Below, one piece after another: positions 62,002-64,000 of a stretch of 64,000 nt of DNA. The stretch covers positions 160,001 through 224,000 of the forward strand of contig CAWGLD010000004.1 of the NCBI GenBank assembly GCA_963823335.1, written 5' to 3'. The translations under genes were made by a program, and so were the position numbers. Every line of letters begins with the position of its first letter. Within the stretch, counting starts at the first letter, position 1. This DNA is from an uncultured delta proteobacterium. GTDB lineage: Bacteria > Desulfobacterota > Desulfobacteria > Desulfobacterales > B30-G6. Below the pieces are notes generated by a model. The model was not told where the DNA came from. It was given only the letters and a program-made list of their open reading frames with translations, and did not search any database.

Positions 62002-62673
62002 ATGAAAAAAGTTAGTTTTTTTAAATGGAAAAGATCATCCGTGGTGGCAGTACTCAGTGCAATCTGCATCTTTTTTTTTACAACGGGCTGTTCTTTTTTC
62101 GGTATCCGAAACACCGAAGAAGCCGGCTATGCGGTTATCGATAAACGTGACCAGATCGAGATCCGGGAGTACGATGCGCTTGTGGCCGTTGAGACATTTG
62201 TGAACACCGGCTATGGGGAAGCCGGCACTATCGCTTTTAAGAAACTCTTTGCCTACATATCCGGTGAGAATATTTCAAAGACAAAGATTGCCATGACGGC
62301 ACCGGTTATCTCAAAAGAAGGGGATGCGCCGACAGGAGATAAAATTCCCATGACGAGCCCCGTTCTTGGGCAACGGCAAGCCAAGGGCTGGAGATATAGC
62401 TTCTTGCTCCCGGCAGGCTACACACTTGAGAATGCACCGTTTCCGTCTAATCCTGAAGTCAAACTCGCGGTGATACCGAGAAAAAAAGTCGCGGTGATAC
62501 GCTACTCGGGATCCTGGAAAGAGCAAACAATGCGCGAGAAATCCGAAAAACTCGTCGAATGGATCCAGGCCAATGGCCTCGAGCGCCTTTCAAGCCCTCG
62601 TTCCGCGCGATATGATCCCCCTTGGACGCTTCCGTTTTTACGTCGTAACGAGATCATGATCGACGTCAATTAG
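62002..62673 (+). CDS. SOUL heme-binding family protein (lipoprotein)
   Basis: EIREY, AFKKLFAYISGEN, IAMTAPV, YDPPWTLPFLRRNEI. Confidence 0.9.
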   Translation: MKKVSFFKWKRSSVVAVLSAICIFFFTTGCSFFGIRNTEEAGYAVIDKRDQIEIREYDALVAVETFVNTGYGEAGTIAFKKLFAYISGENISKTKIAMTAPVISKEGDAPTGDKIPMTSPVLGQRQAKGWRYSFLLPAGYTLENAPFPSNPEVKLAVIPRKKVAVIRYSGSWKEQTMREKSEKLVEWIQANGLERLSSPRSARYDPPWTLPFLRRNEIMIDVN

Positions 62674-62812
62674 CTGCTTGACCAAGAGGTCATTAAATAC
62701 CAATACCATGGCTGCCAAAGCGAACTGCAATGGTTAGCATATTCCCAGGGGCGGGTCGACTATCCCAGTTAACCGGGCTGAGCGGGTTCTTCGGTACACA
62801 TTATCCAACGGG

Positions 62813-63943
62813 GTGATTATGGGCAAGCCAGTAAAAGGGTTTATGATCGCAACGTTTCTCATTGTTGCACTGGTCTTTATTGAATCACAGTCATTGGCAG
62901 CAGAATTGTCGGTGCGCTTGGAGAACCCCCCACCCGGAGGGAACGTTCAGTTTGTATTGTTCGATTCGGCCAATACCTTCGGTGACCTTCGGGATCCGGT
63001 GAAGGTTGTGAAACTACCACTTGACGGACGTGAACGCTACCGTGTCACAGATGTCCCCCCCGGTGAGTACGCTCTCTTGGTTTACTTCGATGAAAACAAC
63101 AATGATCGACTGGACAGGAACTTCATCGGTATCCCGAAAGAACCACTGGGCTTTGCAAACCGTTACCAACCCAAAGGCCCGCCGAGCTATCAGCGTGCGG
63201 CCTTTATTTTACGTAAAGGGGAGTCACGTACCATCGACGTAGAGCTCCGCCGCCCCCTGGGAAAGCGTGGCCGCCTGGGTGTTGGCTTGGGTGTTATCGC
63301 TCAAACGAGTCCCTATCGCGATGTCACCGGCGGCGTTTATCGTGCTATCCCGGCGGTTGTCTACACGGGTGAGCGCTTGCAAATTTATGGGCCCAGAATC
63401 CAGATCGGTCTTGCCGGCAATGAAAATCTGCGTCTTGCCGCAACGGGCCGCTATCGATTTGGAACCTACGAGGAAAATGAGAGTGATTTTCTCAGGGGTA
63501 TGGGCGACAGAAAAGACACGTTCATGGCTGGTCTGGCCCTTAATGTCGAACTTCCTGGTGGAGTGAATCTTTCAACCGGGTACGCGCATGACACCCTGGG
63601 CAAGATTGGCGGGGGAGAAGGCAATATCAAAATTGACAAGTCATTCCAAATGGGTGTTTTCAGGTTCTCACCACAAATCGGGCTAAACTGGCTCAGTTCG
63701 AAGGTTGCCAACAACGATTTCGGTGTGCCAACCCGCAAGGCCACCCCAGACCGCCCTGCCTATGAACTCGATTCAATAGTCAATGTGGAGAGTGGCGTCG
63801 GGATGTTCATCGAGGTTACCCGTGACTGGCTGGTCATCTTGAACACAAGTATAGAATTTTTCGACAAAGATGTCATCGACAGCCCTATTGTCAGCGAAGA
63901 ATATATTGTCAAGGGATTGGCTGTCATTAATTATGTGTTTTGA
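62813..63943 (+). CDS. DUF2141 plus MipA/OmpV outer-membrane protein fusion
   Basis: GEYALLVYFDENNNDRLDRNFIGIPKEPLGFAN, then a beta-barrel ending in YVF. Confidence 0.8.
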   Translation: MIMGKPVKGFMIATFLIVALVFIESQSLAAELSVRLENPPPGGNVQFVLFDSANTFGDLRDPVKVVKLPLDGRERYRVTDVPPGEYALLVYFDENNNDRLDRNFIGIPKEPLGFANRYQPKGPPSYQRAAFILRKGESRTIDVELRRPLGKRGRLGVGLGVIAQTSPYRDVTGGVYRAIPAVVYTGERLQIYGPRIQIGLAGNENLRLAATGRYRFGTYEENESDFLRGMGDRKDTFMAGLALNVELPGGVNLSTGYAHDTLGKIGGGEGNIKIDKSFQMGVFRFSPQIGLNWLSSKVANNDFGVPTRKATPDRPAYELDSIVNVESGVGMFIEVTRDWLVILNTSIEFFDKDVIDSPIVSEEYIVKGLAVINYVF

Positions 63944-64000
63944 TAAAAAGATAACCACTCCTTTTCTTTCTCGATATCAGTATTATAGTCTGAATGTATT

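Noticed and set aside
1-64000. tRNA/rRNA genes
   Set aside because: No cloverleaf or rRNA signature recognised by eye

Overview
Bacterial chromosomal window, probably from Desulfobacterota/Desulfobacterales (inferred from gene content and intergenic repeat style). Core blocks: a complete pstSCAB-phoU-phoBR operon with 11-bp-periodic Pho-box-like repeats, a sigma-54 regulator beside a sigma-54 promoter driving a dksA operon, aroA, a polyamine-type ABC transporter with proline racemase and amidohydrolase, a tandem-domain KamA radical SAM gene plus ablB, and ilvBN/leuCD/ilvD. The main unexplained signal lies in the first 21.5 kb: seven co-oriented copies (five full, one IS630-split, one truncated) of a divergent ~165-bp non-coding element with an indel-free 91-nt palindromic core. 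Consecutive copies often bracket single, unrelated minus-strand genes, like a cassette array, but there are no attC motifs and no integrase in the window. Also present: several MITE/REP families (some nested), two adenylate-cyclase 5' stubs in front of acyl-CoA ligases, a CreE/FzmM-like flavoprotein, a group II intron fragment, a four-helix-bundle gene flanked by inverted hexamer arrays, and two small ORFs below the ORF-track cut-off.
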